50,638 nt of DNA from IMG/VR virus record IMGVR_UViG_3300045922_000571, positions 1 through 50,638 of that record, one strand, 5' to 3'. The translations under genes were made by a program, and so were the position numbers. The notes below the pieces were generated by a model. It searched no databases. It saw only the letters and a list, made by a program, of their open reading frames with translations, and was not told where the DNA came from. Numbering within the stretch: position 1 is the first letter of the stretch; the number at the start of each line of letters is the position of its first letter. Shown piece by piece: positions 31,932 through 41,737 of the stretch. The DNA comes from a virus (taxonomy: Duplodnaviria > Caudoviricetes).

Positions 31932-33245
31932 TTACCCTTCCAGGCCTTCCTCTTCGGCGGCCATCCACAGCGAGGCCTTGGTGCCGCCGTAGATGGTTTC
32001 GTTTCCGATGCACTGAAAAACGCGGTTGCCCCACTTTGCTGTACTGTCGAGCGGATAGGTCTCGCCGATGATGACCGCATCCCAAAGTCGGCCAACGATT
32101 CGCGCCTGTTGCCGCGTGCCGTCACCCAGCTCCTGCGGGGCGCCTACGAAGGCCTGCTGTAGGATCGGTCCGCCGCTGGCGCCCCGGAGAGGATAGGGGT
32201 ACTTGATCATGTACAGGCCAGGGAATGTCCCGTGGAACGTGGCATCCGGTTTCGTCAAGGCGCCGCTGAGTGGTCCGTTTAGTGCTGCCGCCGCAGTGCC
32301 GCTCTCCCACTGGAGGGTTCTGCGGAAGGTGTCTGCGCCGGCGACGATGGCGGCGAACTGCACGCCTTTGTTCGGATCAAATTTCGGCATCGAGACCAGG
32401 AGCTGGTTGTAGCGGCCATCTCCCAAAGGGTTGATGAATTCGAGAAAGATCACGAATTGGTACGGGTTGGCAAAAATCTTGTAGTTGCCAGCCAGCGTGG
32501 GGTTGTCTTTGCGCGACCAGAGGGTGCGGATCGCCTCGCCGCCCGGCGAGGCGTGAATGACGAACGTGGCCATGCTGGTGATGTCGGAGATGCCAATCCA
32601 GACCCGCAGCCAGTGGTTGTTCAGCGTGGCCGAGCGCAGCCAGTTGCCTCCACCGACTGGGCCTCTTCGCGGCGCGAGCGTACGCGCCCCTTTGGCCCAG
32701 ATGAACGTCCAAACGCCGCCGTCGAAGTCATGGGAGTTGGTGCCGTAGCTGGCGTCGTTGTAGTCAACCCCCTCGGTGATGAATTCGAAGTCGTAAACGC
32801 GCCAATTTCGAAAAAAACGGTCTGTTAAAACCCTGGTGCCGACATGGACCCATCCCAGGTAGAAGAGCAGCAAGGCGAGGTCACCCAGCGACCCCGGAGC
32901 CTCGCCCATCTTGACCCAGATGACATGGTTGGGGTTCGCCGGGTCAGGCCTCTCCCGGTACTCGTCGTAGTAGCAGACCGGGAAACCGTCGATCCTTAAG
33001 GGGTTGAAGCCCCAGGTAATGACCCGTTTGTCCTCCTCGGGAATAGGGGGGTTCGGCTCCGTCGTCCAGGGCGGGCCTACCGGAAAAACCAGAGACCAAC
33101 CGGCACGAGTGCCGCCATCGTCGCTCCAGCCAGCGTCCCGGAGCGCCGCGATCACGGTCGCACAGATCGAGTACTGGCTGTCGGCACTGACTCCGCGCAC
33201 GGCGCGGCGTGGTGCCAAAGCGATTTCGAACGGTTCAGTAGGCAT
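31932..33245 (-). CDS. Putative tail/receptor-binding protein (paralogue B)
   Basis: 437 aa, aromatic/Gly-rich; shares AL..AGW, Y...AN..Q and G..WDA motifs with 33235-34224. Confidence 0.65.
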   Translation of the reverse strand: MPTEPFEIALAPRRAVRGVSADSQYSICATVIAALRDAGWSDDGGTRAGWSLVFPVGPPWTTEPNPPIPEEDKRVITWGFNPLRIDGFPVCYYDEYRERPDPANPNHVIWVKMGEAPGSLGDLALLLFYLGWVHVGTRVLTDRFFRNWRVYDFEFITEGVDYNDASYGTNSHDFDGGVWTFIWAKGARTLAPRRGPVGGGNWLRSATLNNHWLRVWIGISDITSMATFVIHASPGGEAIRTLWSRKDNPTLAGNYKIFANPYQFVIFLEFINPLGDGRYNQLLVSMPKFDPNKGVQFAAIVAGADTFRRTLQWESGTAAAALNGPLSGALTKPDATFHGTFPGLYMIKYPYPLRGASGGPILQQAFVGAPQELGDGTRQQARIVGRLWDAVIIGETYPLDSTAKWGNRVFQCIGNETIYGGTKASLWMAAEEEGLEG

Positions 33246-34224
33246 AGTTGGACTCTACGGGCGCGTCAGGTTCGAGATCGAACTTTTTGAGCAGGTACAG
33301 CGAACCGTAGTAGGAGCCAGCTGCGCCTTTGGACATGTTCCCCTTGAAGTGCGTCCAGTTCCGCCAAGTGAGCCAGCCGAGGGGAGGCTCGAACGTTTGG
33401 ATTTCCGAGTCAAGCGGCTGATCGAGAGTGCACCACATCGCGTCCCAAATCTGGCCCCGCAGTCTCCCTGGGGCTTCGCGAGTTTCTCCCCAAATCAGGA
33501 ATGGTTCGATGTAAAGGGGCGTTCCCAAGGCCCATTGGGTCTGCTGATAGGACGGGTAGATGCCGTAGTCAGGATAAGGCTGAGCCAGCACGCCGAGCCG
33601 GAGCACGGACTGTTCCGGGCTGGCGTAGCCGCTGACTAGCGAGCCGTTCCAGCATCCATCCCAAGCCCAGCGGTTGCGCCAGCCAACCCGAAATCCGTAG
33701 CCGTTAGCGGCCGCGCCGTTGTTGTCTGAACCGCTGGACCACCAAGCCTCAAAGACCTCTTGCTCGGGCATCGGCTCTTGTAGGCACATGTCCGGCAGTT
33801 GCGGCAAATAGGGGATGCCTCCGCAGACGAAATTTCCCCAGGCGCCACCTTCGCCTTCGGGCGAATCGCTCGAATGGCCTGTGGTGGCCAGGAACAGCTG
33901 GCACTTGTTCGCCGTCACTTCGTAGAAGCGGCCGGGCTTGTAGAGGATCGGGTGAGGGAATCCCACCCTGGTCCCGTTGAAACTCAAGAACTGCACCACG
34001 AGGCCGCTGTGCCCGCCCCAGCGGTACGTGTCAGTGATGCGGCAGCGGGCCCGCAGCCCCGCTCCTTGGGGCGAGTAGATGATGTACTCGTAGCCGCCTT
34101 CGACCGGGTTGGAGAACCAGCCAGCCAGACCGAGCGCATAGTGGATGCCGGTCAGAAGCGTCTGGGCGCTGGCGCCATTGATGCCCGGCCAGTGCACTAC
34201 CCGGCCAGAGTAGGCTACCCCCAT
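33235..34224 (-). CDS. Putative tail/receptor-binding protein (paralogue A)
   Basis: Likely true start MGVAYSG at 34224, within ORF 33235..34602; overlaps both neighbours. Confidence 0.65.
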   Translation of the reverse strand: MGVAYSGRVVHWPGINGASAQTLLTGIHYALGLAGWFSNPVEGGYEYIIYSPQGAGLRARCRITDTYRWGGHSGLVVQFLSFNGTRVGFPHPILYKPGRFYEVTANKCQLFLATTGHSSDSPEGEGGAWGNFVCGGIPYLPQLPDMCLQEPMPEQEVFEAWWSSGSDNNGAAANGYGFRVGWRNRWAWDGCWNGSLVSGYASPEQSVLRLGVLAQPYPDYGIYPSYQQTQWALGTPLYIEPFLIWGETREAPGRLRGQIWDAMWCTLDQPLDSEIQTFEPPLGWLTWRNWTHFKGNMSKGAAGSYYGSLYLLKKFDLEPDAPVESNYAY

Positions 34225-34733
34225 TGCAGGACGACTTCGATCTCTTTGCCCGCCTGCGTGGTTCCGGTTTGCAAGCAGTTGATGCGCAGCATGTCGCCGG
34301 GGCTGATGCCCGCGCCATCGACGAACACATCGGTAAACAGTTGTACGGCCGCGTTGTCCGGGGCGAGTTCGATATAGCCGTCCCGGAAAATGGTGGCCCA
34401 AGTCTGGCCGCCGTCGGTGCTCTTCTGAATGTCCAGGCGCGCGGGTTGCCCGCTTGGAGGAAACTTGGCGTTCACGGCTACGTTCTTGAACGTGCCTGCG
34501 GTCCGGCAGATGAAGTGATTCGTCAGGTCGAGCGCCACTTCGAGTTCTTTCACCAGTCCGAAGGTGGCTTTCAGTTCTCCGAAACTCGCTGGATCTTGCC
34601 ACCCCTGCTGAACGCTGGCAAGGCGCTCGAAAAAGATCACCCAGGGACGTGTGAGCCGCAGTTCTTCCTGGTCGAGAAACATCGGCGACCGCAGGGGAAC
34701 ATGCGGGATGCGTGTCTTCTGGTCCGAAGGCAT
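34215..34733 (-). CDS. Tail needle/plug-like protein (P22 gp26 position)
   Basis: Start MPSDQK at 34733. N-terminal P...LTRPWVIFFERL is typical of the gene after gp10-like hubs; C-terminal knob-like domain. Confidence 0.6.
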   Translation of the reverse strand: MPSDQKTRIPHVPLRSPMFLDQEELRLTRPWVIFFERLASVQQGWQDPASFGELKATFGLVKELEVALDLTNHFICRTAGTFKNVAVNAKFPPSGQPARLDIQKSTDGGQTWATIFRDGYIELAPDNAAVQLFTDVFVDGAGISPGDMLRINCLQTGTTQAGKEIEVVLQWG

Positions 34734-36154
34734 TAGTTCTGGCCGACCGTTAAGCGCAAGTGCGCGTCGAGGAGAGCAACCCTGGCCGTGCTGGACGTGA
34801 TCGAAACCTGGTAGACGCGGTGACGGGCTTCGCCGAGCCTCCGCCAGATAACCCGCTGATCGTTTGCCGGCGGGCCTGTACTGACAGTCTTCCCCGGCGT
34901 AAACGTCTTCGCTCCGTCGTCTGACCACTGGAGCGTGACATCGCTGGCGGCCGAGACTTCAAGCAGCAGCTCGAAGCGGTGATGGTAGATCCGGAGTTCT
35001 TCCTCGACCAGGTACGGGGCGCGGCGCAAGCGCCGAATCGGCGTCCCGGCGTCGCTCGGAATTGTGAGCGACATCTCATAAATCGTTCCCGAGCCGAAGT
35101 CGCCGACAAGGTGCTTGCCGTGCACAAACGCATGGCCGCGGGTGCGATCCCGCCGGAACTGTGAGCCGTCCCAGCGAGCGCGCTCATGCCACAAGCCCGT
35201 AGTGGCGTCAAAGACCCACGTGGCATCGTCGTTCGGGAAGGTAATCACCCAGAAAAAGTGGCCGTCCTCGACGTAGGTGTAGGCTTCGGCGTCCATCGGG
35301 CTTGTGTAGCTTGCCCAGGCAGCCTCGACTGCGGGCGTAGAGATTCGCTTCGGCTGATACCCCTGTGCCCAGACGGCGAATAGCGTTCCGCGGGTGTCCC
35401 CGCTGAGCCAAGCGACCCCATATGGCATGCGAACGGTTGCCCAGGGCGCCCGGTTGCCGTAGTGGATGAAGGCGCCGGGATCGCGTTCCCAAGGGAAAGT
35501 TTCTGGAGCGCTCGAGTAATTGTTGCGCCACACCTCGGCCGTGTCGCTCCCGAACAGCCACAAGTCCTGGTGGTCGGAGAGCATGTAGACGAGCGCGTCA
35601 GCCTGCCCTTCCTTGCTGGCGAAGTCCAAAGGGTCCCAGACTGAGGCGTCGAACGGCGCCGAGTGCCGGAAGCGGATCGGGCTCTCGGACGGGTCAACCA
35701 CCAGAAAATGCCCATCGAGGAACGCTCCCGCAGTCGCATTGAGCTGGGTGGAAGTGTCCTTGTAATAGACCGGCTGGACGCCGGCGCCGCCCCAGCGCCA
35801 GCCTTTCCCTGCCGAGACGATAAACAGCTCGGCCTGTGTGCCGAACATCTGCACAGGCTTGCCGTCGTCGCCCACATCGCCAAGCAGGGTAGCCGTACCA
35901 TCTGCCGCGATCGAATAGAGCTTCGAGCCAGCGACGCACATGCACAGATTCGGCCCGCCAGCCCACAACCCCCGCACAGCTCCCGCCAGCCCCGTGGTGA
36001 ACGTAGCCAGCCCGGGCGTGCCGACCAGCATGGCTTTCGAGCGTCCGGTGCCGGTCTCCGAAGTCTCCGGATAGAGGTTGATGCAGCGGTCGGCGGCGAA
36101 GTTGGGGAACCGCGACTGGTAAGTGCCTCCTACGAAGTTCGGGTAATCAGGCAT
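34733..36154 (-). CDS. Tail hub / DNA stabilisation protein (P22 gp10-like)
   Basis: CINLYPE...TPGL...FLDGHF...DFASKEGQAD...LWLFG..TAEVW...RIST.AVE...TWVFDATTGLWHER...WSDDG...WRRLG. Confidence 0.9.
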   Translation of the reverse strand: MPDYPNFVGGTYQSRFPNFAADRCINLYPETSETGTGRSKAMLVGTPGLATFTTGLAGAVRGLWAGGPNLCMCVAGSKLYSIAADGTATLLGDVGDDGKPVQMFGTQAELFIVSAGKGWRWGGAGVQPVYYKDTSTQLNATAGAFLDGHFLVVDPSESPIRFRHSAPFDASVWDPLDFASKEGQADALVYMLSDHQDLWLFGSDTAEVWRNNYSSAPETFPWERDPGAFIHYGNRAPWATVRMPYGVAWLSGDTRGTLFAVWAQGYQPKRISTPAVEAAWASYTSPMDAEAYTYVEDGHFFWVITFPNDDATWVFDATTGLWHERARWDGSQFRRDRTRGHAFVHGKHLVGDFGSGTIYEMSLTIPSDAGTPIRRLRRAPYLVEEELRIYHHRFELLLEVSAASDVTLQWSDDGAKTFTPGKTVSTGPPANDQRVIWRRLGEARHRVYQVSITSSTARVALLDAHLRLTVGQN

Positions 36155-36160
36155 CGCTAC

Positions 36161-36856
36161 TTACTCGCCGATGCGCCAGTTGAAGCCCCAACGCGCCCCG
36201 CCCATCACTGGCTCGGTCGCCATCACCGGCCGCGGCAGGTTCAAGCGCTTCAGGGTCGCCAGCGCCTCACGGGCCTGGGAGGCCACGAACGGCGGAACGG
36301 GGGCGTGCAGCTCCTGGGCCAGGCGCACGGCGAGGTTGTATTTGATCGCTTCCTCGTAACCTTCGGGAAAGTCTGCGGTGTCGTTGAGCGAGGCAAAGCG
36401 GCCGAGTTTTGTCCAGGTGAACAGCTCGACTTGGTTGGACTCGGTCGGCGCTGGCCAGAAGTAGAGCTTGGCGAGCGGGTAGGCGCGGTCGTAGTACAGC
36501 CTGGTCGGGAAGGTGCTTTCCAGGTCCGGCAGGCGCAGCGCGGCCCAGTCGTCCACGGTGATGATCTCCAGCGGGCGGTGCAGCGCCTGCGGCAGGATCA
36601 CATTGGCGCGCTCGATGCGGACGGGGCGCTCCGTGTTGAAGTTCCCGCCCGGGCCGATGGTGTAGGCCTGCTGGCCGCCGGCAAGCGGGTACGTATCGCG
36701 GCGGACGGCATAGACGGCCAGGCGCTGGGCGTTCCAGGCGTCGAGCATTGCGTTCAGCGCTTCGAGGCCTGCGGCATTCTCGTCGCTGTTGCCCGACTGG
36801 CCGGGGTGCCAGGCGATCAGCCGCCCAGCGGCGCGGATCAGGTCTCCGGCGGTCAT
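36161..36856 (-). CDS. Head-tail adaptor (P22 gp4-like), copy 4
   Basis: MTAGDLIRAA...LNAMLDAW...YTIGPGG...RP...LYFWPAP...FPEGYEEAIKYNLAVRLA. Confidence 0.8.
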   Translation of the reverse strand: MTAGDLIRAAGRLIAWHPGQSGNSDENAAGLEALNAMLDAWNAQRLAVYAVRRDTYPLAGGQQAYTIGPGGNFNTERPVRIERANVILPQALHRPLEIITVDDWAALRLPDLESTFPTRLYYDRAYPLAKLYFWPAPTESNQVELFTWTKLGRFASLNDTADFPEGYEEAIKYNLAVRLAQELHAPVPPFVASQAREALATLKRLNLPRPVMATEPVMGGARWGFNWRIGE

Positions 36857-37545
36857 TTCCGCTCAGCCTCCGGCTGTTGCTGCTGAACCGTGGCAATGCC
36901 GAGATGCCGGAAGTTCAGCTCCGCGATGGCCGCCTTGGATTCGGCGGCGATGGCGGCGACTTCCGGGCGCGGCGGCAGATTGAACGCCGGGCCGAGCTGG
37001 ACCGCCAAGTTGTAGGCGAGGGCCTGCTCGAAGGCCGGCGGCAGCGCCACCGTGTCGGTGAGCTGCGCGATCTGTGCGAGCTGCTGCCAAGTGAACAGTT
37101 CGAGCGAGCAGGCCGCCGAAGGCACTGGGTGCACGTAGAGCTTGGAGATCGGCGCAGCGTAATCGTTGTAGAGCCGCTGCGGCAGCACGCTTTGGTCGTT
37201 TTTGGAGGCCACCTCCGCCCACTGGGCGGCATTGAGCAGCGCCAGGCGCACCCGCACCGGCTGGGAGGCCACGGTCACGATGGCGTTGGCGCGCTCAATG
37301 TGGATCGGCCGCGCGGTGTTGAAGTCGGTTGCGCTGGGTCCGATGGTGTACTCCTGCTTGCCGATGGTCAGCGCGTAGGTATCGCTGCGGACGGAGAAGA
37401 CGAGCAACCCTTGCGCGTTCCAGGCGTCGATCAAGGCGTTGAGCAGTCCGAGCGCAACGGTGCTCTCGGACTGGCCGGCGCCGCGGCCTGCCCCGAGACG
37501 CCCGCACAGCGTCAGGCTGCGGTTGATGAGATCTTGAGCAGTCAT
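36853..37545 (-). CDS. Head-tail adaptor (P22 gp4-like), copy 3
   Basis: MTAQDLINRS...LNALIDAW...YTIGP...RP...LYVHPVP...LPPAFEQALAYNLAVQLG. Confidence 0.8.
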   Translation of the reverse strand: MTAQDLINRSLTLCGRLGAGRGAGQSESTVALGLLNALIDAWNAQGLLVFSVRSDTYALTIGKQEYTIGPSATDFNTARPIHIERANAIVTVASQPVRVRLALLNAAQWAEVASKNDQSVLPQRLYNDYAAPISKLYVHPVPSAACSLELFTWQQLAQIAQLTDTVALPPAFEQALAYNLAVQLGPAFNLPPRPEVAAIAAESKAAIAELNFRHLGIATVQQQQPEAERK

Positions 37546-38252
37546 TGCTTACTTCCCTCCTTCGGCGCCCGGACGGGCGGCGCGTCCGGAGGCCGTTCGC
37601 CCCAGATGGTCGGCTGCGGGATGCCAAGCGTGCGGGCATTCCGCTCGGCGATGGCGGCCTTGGCCTGCTGCGCTGTCGCGGCGACGATGTTCTGATCGCG
37701 CCCGAAATTCGAAGCCAGCTCAAGCGCCAGGTTCCAGATCAGCGCCCGATCGTAGCCGGGCGGCATCTGTACGTCCGTGGCAAGCGTGGCAAAGCTAGTG
37801 AGCGGTTTGAGGAAGTCGACCGCGATTGTCCCCCCGGTAGGCGCGGGCCATAAGTACAGTGATCCGGTCGGGTACGCGGCATTGTAGTACGCCTTGGCGG
37901 CGAACGCTCCGGTTCGCGACTTGTCGGCGATCGCAGCCCAGTCTTCGGCATTGACGATCTTTGCGGGCTGCACAATGCCACTGCCGGAAGCCACAGAGAC
38001 AGCGAGGACGGCGAGCGGGCGCGTGGAGCCGAGCGTGCCGCCAGGCCCCATCGTGTAGACTTGAGTGCCCGGCGTGGCGGCCTGCGACAGCCGGGTAATT
38101 TCCGGGATGAGCAGTTGCTCGGCGCTCCAGGAGTCAATGAGCTTGTTGAGCGCGATCAGGCCGTCGTTGGACTCCTCGGCCGTCGGCGTCTCGCCGGAAG
38201 CCAGCTCGCCGAGCACGCGCAACGCTGCGTTGATGATCTCTTGTGCGGTCAT
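37542..38252 (-). CDS. Head-tail adaptor (P22 gp4-like), copy 2
   Basis: MTAQEIINAALRVLG...LNKLIDSW...YTMGPGG...RP...LYLWPAP...MPPGYDRALIWNLALELA. Confidence 0.8.
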   Translation of the reverse strand: MTAQEIINAALRVLGELASGETPTAEESNDGLIALNKLIDSWSAEQLLIPEITRLSQAATPGTQVYTMGPGGTLGSTRPLAVLAVSVASGSGIVQPAKIVNAEDWAAIADKSRTGAFAAKAYYNAAYPTGSLYLWPAPTGGTIAVDFLKPLTSFATLATDVQMPPGYDRALIWNLALELASNFGRDQNIVAATAQQAKAAIAERNARTLGIPQPTIWGERPPDAPPVRAPKEGSKQ

Positions 38253-38926
38253 TCTCGAACTCCTTCCGTTGCGGCTTGCGGCGGCAGCGGCATGCCCAGC
38301 ATCTGCGCATTGATCTGCGCCAGCGTGGCCTTGGCGGCCATAGCATGCGCCGGCAGGCTCGGTTCGACCGTGCGGCGAAACTCCGGCGCTAGCAGCAGCG
38401 CCAAGTTGAGCCGCAAGGCATGCTCATAGCCCGGCGGCAGGTCCACCACAGTCGAAAGGTCCGCGAAAGCGGTGAGCGGCTTGAGGCTGTGGAAGAACAG
38501 CGTGCCGCCCTGCGCCTTGGGCCACGGATAGACCTTGAGCAGCGGGTAGCCGCCATCGGCGTAGATCACGTCCACCGTCAGCGCGGTCACTGAATCGCGA
38601 TCGACGATCTGATCCCACTCTTCGACCGAGATGAGCCGCACCGGAACGCTGATCTGGCCGACTTTGTGGTACGCGCTGCGGATCTTCACTGGCCGGGCAG
38701 TGTTGATGTTGCCTCCCGTGCCCCAGGTGTAGTAGGTCGTGCCGGGCGTGACCGCGACGCTGTCTTCAGCGATCGCGTAGAGCATCAGCCCTTCGGCGCT
38801 CCAGGCGGCGAGCATCTGGTTGAGTGCGTCGAGCGACGTAGCCAGATCAGTCGCTGAAGCCGAGTAGCCCGGCTTGAGCTGGTCGATCAGGCGCATGGCG
38901 CCTTCGATGAGCTGTTGCGCGGTCAT
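38249..38926 (-). CDS. Head-tail adaptor (P22 gp4-like), copy 1
   Basis: MTAQQLIEGA...LNQMLAAW...YTWGTGG...RP...VYPWP...LPPGYEHALRLNLALLLA. Confidence 0.8.
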   Translation of the reverse strand: MTAQQLIEGAMRLIDQLKPGYSASATDLATSLDALNQMLAAWSAEGLMLYAIAEDSVAVTPGTTYYTWGTGGNINTARPVKIRSAYHKVGQISVPVRLISVEEWDQIVDRDSVTALTVDVIYADGGYPLLKVYPWPKAQGGTLFFHSLKPLTAFADLSTVVDLPPGYEHALRLNLALLLAPEFRRTVEPSLPAHAMAAKATLAQINAQMLGMPLPPQAATEGVRE

Positions 38927-39114
38927 TTGCGCTTACCTCCTGAGCGAGATTTGTGCGGCGGCGGAGGCGGCTCGGCGGCCGGATGGGGCGGCGCGGCAGC
39001 CGCTGCCGGCGATTCGGCCCAGTCCGGGCCGAGGGCGGCGTGCTCGTCCGGAGTGGCGACGATCACGGCGCCGCGCTCGGCGTGGTAGAGCCACTTGGGG
39101 TATTCGGATTTCAT
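38923..39114 (-). CDS. Small post-capsid protein
   Basis: EYPKWLYH...IV...EH..LG..W.ESP motif, common downstream of P22-like coat genes; ATGA overlap. Confidence 0.7.
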   Translation of the reverse strand: MKSEYPKWLYHAERGAVIVATPDEHAALGPDWAESPAAAAAPPHPAAEPPPPPHKSRSGGKRK

Positions 39115-39183
39115 CGTCGGTTCCCTGAAGCGGAGGGCGGCAGCCCAGGGAGGCGGCCGCCCTGCGCTCAGCCCGGTGGGGCT

Positions 39184-40395
39184 TTAGCTGCAAATGCGAA
39201 CCGAGAAGTGCGGGATCGTTACCGCCCAGCCGTAGAGGATGTCGCAGCGGGTCACAAACAGATCGTTCGTGATGTCGTACTGCGAGACCATGCGGATGGC
39301 GACGCCGCTCTCCCGGTCGATCGACCGCGCGGCCATGTGGACGCCCTGCGGCAACTCCATCGGCACCATCGCCAGCGTGAAGGCCTCCTCGTGGAAGGCG
39401 AGGCCCTGCGGCGAGAGCGTGTTGGCGTTGCCGAGCACGGTGATGGCGGCGTTGTCGGCGGGGGCGCTCGAGACGGTCTTGTACGGCCCGCTCGTGATGA
39501 TCTCCGGCGAGATCGGAATGGTCGCGTTGCCCGAGGCGTCCGAGCTGACGTCGGCGGTGACAACGAACTGCATCAGGTCTTGCAGCGTGTCCCCAGACAC
39601 CGGGTTGACCGCGTAGACGCCCGCGATGGTGATGATGTCGCCCTTGCGCAGGCGCAAGGCGGCCGCAGCGGTCCACCCGTCGGTCACGATGTTCGAGCCG
39701 GTCTGACCAGCCCCGTTCACCAGCGGCGTGCCGCCGAGCGGCCCGACCTGGTGCGTGCGCACGTTCTGATCGACGATCCAGTCGAAGCCAGCCGCCGTGC
39801 CCATGCGCCCCTTCTCGTACTGCTGCTTGATCTGCACCGAGCTTTGGAAGAGGCCCTTGAGCGCATCGACCACTTCGGTCTGCATGTCGGGGCTGATGAC
39901 GACCGAGCGCTTGCTGTCGAACGGGCAAGCCGCTTTGTCGAGCTTGGCCCCGGCCTGGTTGTACGTCTTCAGCGCGTTGGGGATCGTGCCCGGCGTGCCC
40001 ACGGCCCAGTAGGTGGACTGATAGGCCAGCGTCAGCCCGTCGACGTCCACGGCGTTGGCCAGCGCGACAGCGGCGCTGTCCAGGTAACGATCGCCGAAGC
40101 GGTCAATCGTCAGCGTGAGGTCTTTCGAGCTGAAGCTGAAGCCGACGTGCTTCTGCTTGTTGATCACCAGCGGGACGCTCTTTTCGGTCACGTCTTGGAC
40201 GACCAGCGTGGCGCCATCGCTGGCGGTGAACTTCACCGGAACGCGGATGTTGAGCGTGTCGCCGATCTTGCCGCCCTTGACGGCGAAGCGGTCATCCCAC
40301 TCATGCCGGACCGCGCCGGCGAATCCCAGGTTGTTTTTGAAGCGCCGCAGCAGTTCGTTGGTGATGATCTGCGGCGTAAGTAACGTGTTTGCCAT
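39184..40395 (-). CDS. Major capsid protein (P22 coat/gp5 family)
   Basis: MANTLLTPQIITNE.L....NNL...KIGDTLNIRVP...QKHV...LANAVD...GDIITIAGVYAVNP...LAFH..AF...R.DILYG; AAGGAG RBS. Confidence 0.93.
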   Translation of the reverse strand: MANTLLTPQIITNELLRRFKNNLGFAGAVRHEWDDRFAVKGGKIGDTLNIRVPVKFTASDGATLVVQDVTEKSVPLVINKQKHVGFSFSSKDLTLTIDRFGDRYLDSAAVALANAVDVDGLTLAYQSTYWAVGTPGTIPNALKTYNQAGAKLDKAACPFDSKRSVVISPDMQTEVVDALKGLFQSSVQIKQQYEKGRMGTAAGFDWIVDQNVRTHQVGPLGGTPLVNGAGQTGSNIVTDGWTAAAALRLRKGDIITIAGVYAVNPVSGDTLQDLMQFVVTADVSSDASGNATIPISPEIITSGPYKTVSSAPADNAAITVLGNANTLSPQGLAFHEEAFTLAMVPMELPQGVHMAARSIDRESGVAIRMVSQYDITNDLFVTRCDILYGWAVTIPHFSVRICS

Positions 40396-40401
40396 TGCTC
40401 C

Positions 40402-41322
40402 TTAACTCGCTCTGCGTTTGAGTTCCGCCCGCCTTGCCCGCTCCCACGCGGCGTAGTCTTCAGCCAGCGACGGGTCGTAGATGTCACTGGCTGCGCCGGC
40501 CTTGCCGCCGGATACCGGGGTCACAGGCTTCGGCGCGCGGGTTATGCCTGCCTTGGGTTTCGGAGAGGGCGCTTTGGGGTTCAGCGAGGCTTCGATGCGG
40601 CCGATTTCACGAATCGCGGCGATGGGCGGCAGTTTGGCAATGCGTGCGGCTTCCTCGGGGTGTTTGCCGAGCCAGTAGGCGATCTCGGCCCCCTGCTCGG
40701 ACTCGAGGATTGCCTGCTGCATCGCCGCCGAGACAGGTGTGTCGGAATCGACGACCTCGTCGAAGTCCGGATGCGCTTGCCGCGCGGCTTCGATGCGCGC
40801 CAGCCAGGTCTCGAACACTTGCCGTTCGGCCTCCTGCCGCGCGCGCTCCCGCTCGCGTTGCTCCAGCTTCCAGTCAGTGAGCGCTTCGGTGTAGGCCTCG
40901 TAGGTATCGAAGTCTTCCGGCTTGGGCTTGCCCGGAGCTTCCGCCGGCGGCTGCTCGCGCGCTTCGCCAGCAGCGGGCGTGGCCGCGCCGCCAGCGAGCT
41001 TGCCTTCGAGCGCCGCAATACGGGCCTCAAGCTCGCGTTTCTCGCGTGTCAGCTTGTCGATTCGCCGCTGGAAGCCGCCTTTGCGCCGCGGCTGATCGCC
41101 CGGCTGCTTGTCGGCATCGCTGTCGTCCTCATCCCCCTCCGGGGAATCATCCGAGGCGTCCGCTTCCTCGGCGCTTTCAGCCTCCGGCGCTGCCGGGGCC
41201 TCGGACCGCTCATCATCGCTCTGTGCCGCCGACTCCTGGGCCGTGCGCCACGCCGCGTATTCGGCGTAGTCCTCGGTCTCAGGCGGTGCGGCCGCACCAG
41301 TGGCTTTCGTTTGATCTGCCAA
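40402..41322 (-). CDS. Capsid scaffolding protein
   Basis: TTG start after AAGGAGG; acidic N-terminus; GFQRRIDKLT, PKPEDFDTYEAY and EIAYWLGKHPEEA motifs; precedes the coat gene. Confidence 0.85.
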   Translation of the reverse strand: MADQTKATGAAAPPETEDYAEYAAWRTAQESAAQSDDERSEAPAAPEAESAEEADASDDSPEGDEDDSDADKQPGDQPRRKGGFQRRIDKLTREKRELEARIAALEGKLAGGAATPAAGEAREQPPAEAPGKPKPEDFDTYEAYTEALTDWKLEQRERERARQEAERQVFETWLARIEAARQAHPDFDEVVDSDTPVSAAMQQAILESEQGAEIAYWLGKHPEEAARIAKLPPIAAIREIGRIEASLNPKAPSPKPKAGITRAPKPVTPVSGGKAGAASDIYDPSLAEDYAAWERARRAELKRRAS

Positions 41323-41419
41323 GTTGCCTCCTTGGATTTCGTTTCCGGGTCTACGATGCCGGCCCGTAGGCAGGATCAACGCCGCCAGCCGTTTCGCGGG
41401 CCAGCGGCTGAAGAACTCG

Positions 41420-41737
41420 TTAGCGGCGCTTGCGCGCCGGACGCTGGACCTCGCCCGGGCGCGGCGGATTCGCCTGAAGCTGCTCGATCATGTCGCGAAT
41501 GCTGCGGATCGATTCCGGTGCCTGCTCGACCGTTTGCTGGTAGCCCCTCCCAGAGGCCCGCAACAGATCGCCGAGCGTCCGGATAGCGCCCGGCGCTTGT
41601 CTGGTGAGCAGGTCCTCCAGAGCGTCGGCGCCGCGATACCAAGCGCTGCGAGCTTCGCGCCACGCGTTGCGGGCGGCTTGGCGCGCGTCCCAGAGCCGCT
41701 CGTCCAGCCAGCCGCTCCAGCTCTGCCTGGGCGTCAT
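41420..41737 (-). CDS. Hypothetical protein between portal and scaffold
   Basis: ATGA overlap with the portal stop; GAGGAGG RBS. Confidence 0.6.
   Translation of the reverse strand: MTPRQSWSGWLDERLWDARQAARNAWREARSAWYRGADALEDLLTRQAPGAIRTLGDLLRASGRGYQQTVEQAPESIRSIRDMIEQLQANPPRPGEVQRPARKRR

Noticed and set aside
29838-34733. Diversity-generating retroelement or invertible tail-fibre cassette
   Set aside because: No reverse transcriptase, no template/variable repeat pair, and no inverted repeats or reversed fibre fragments were seen.
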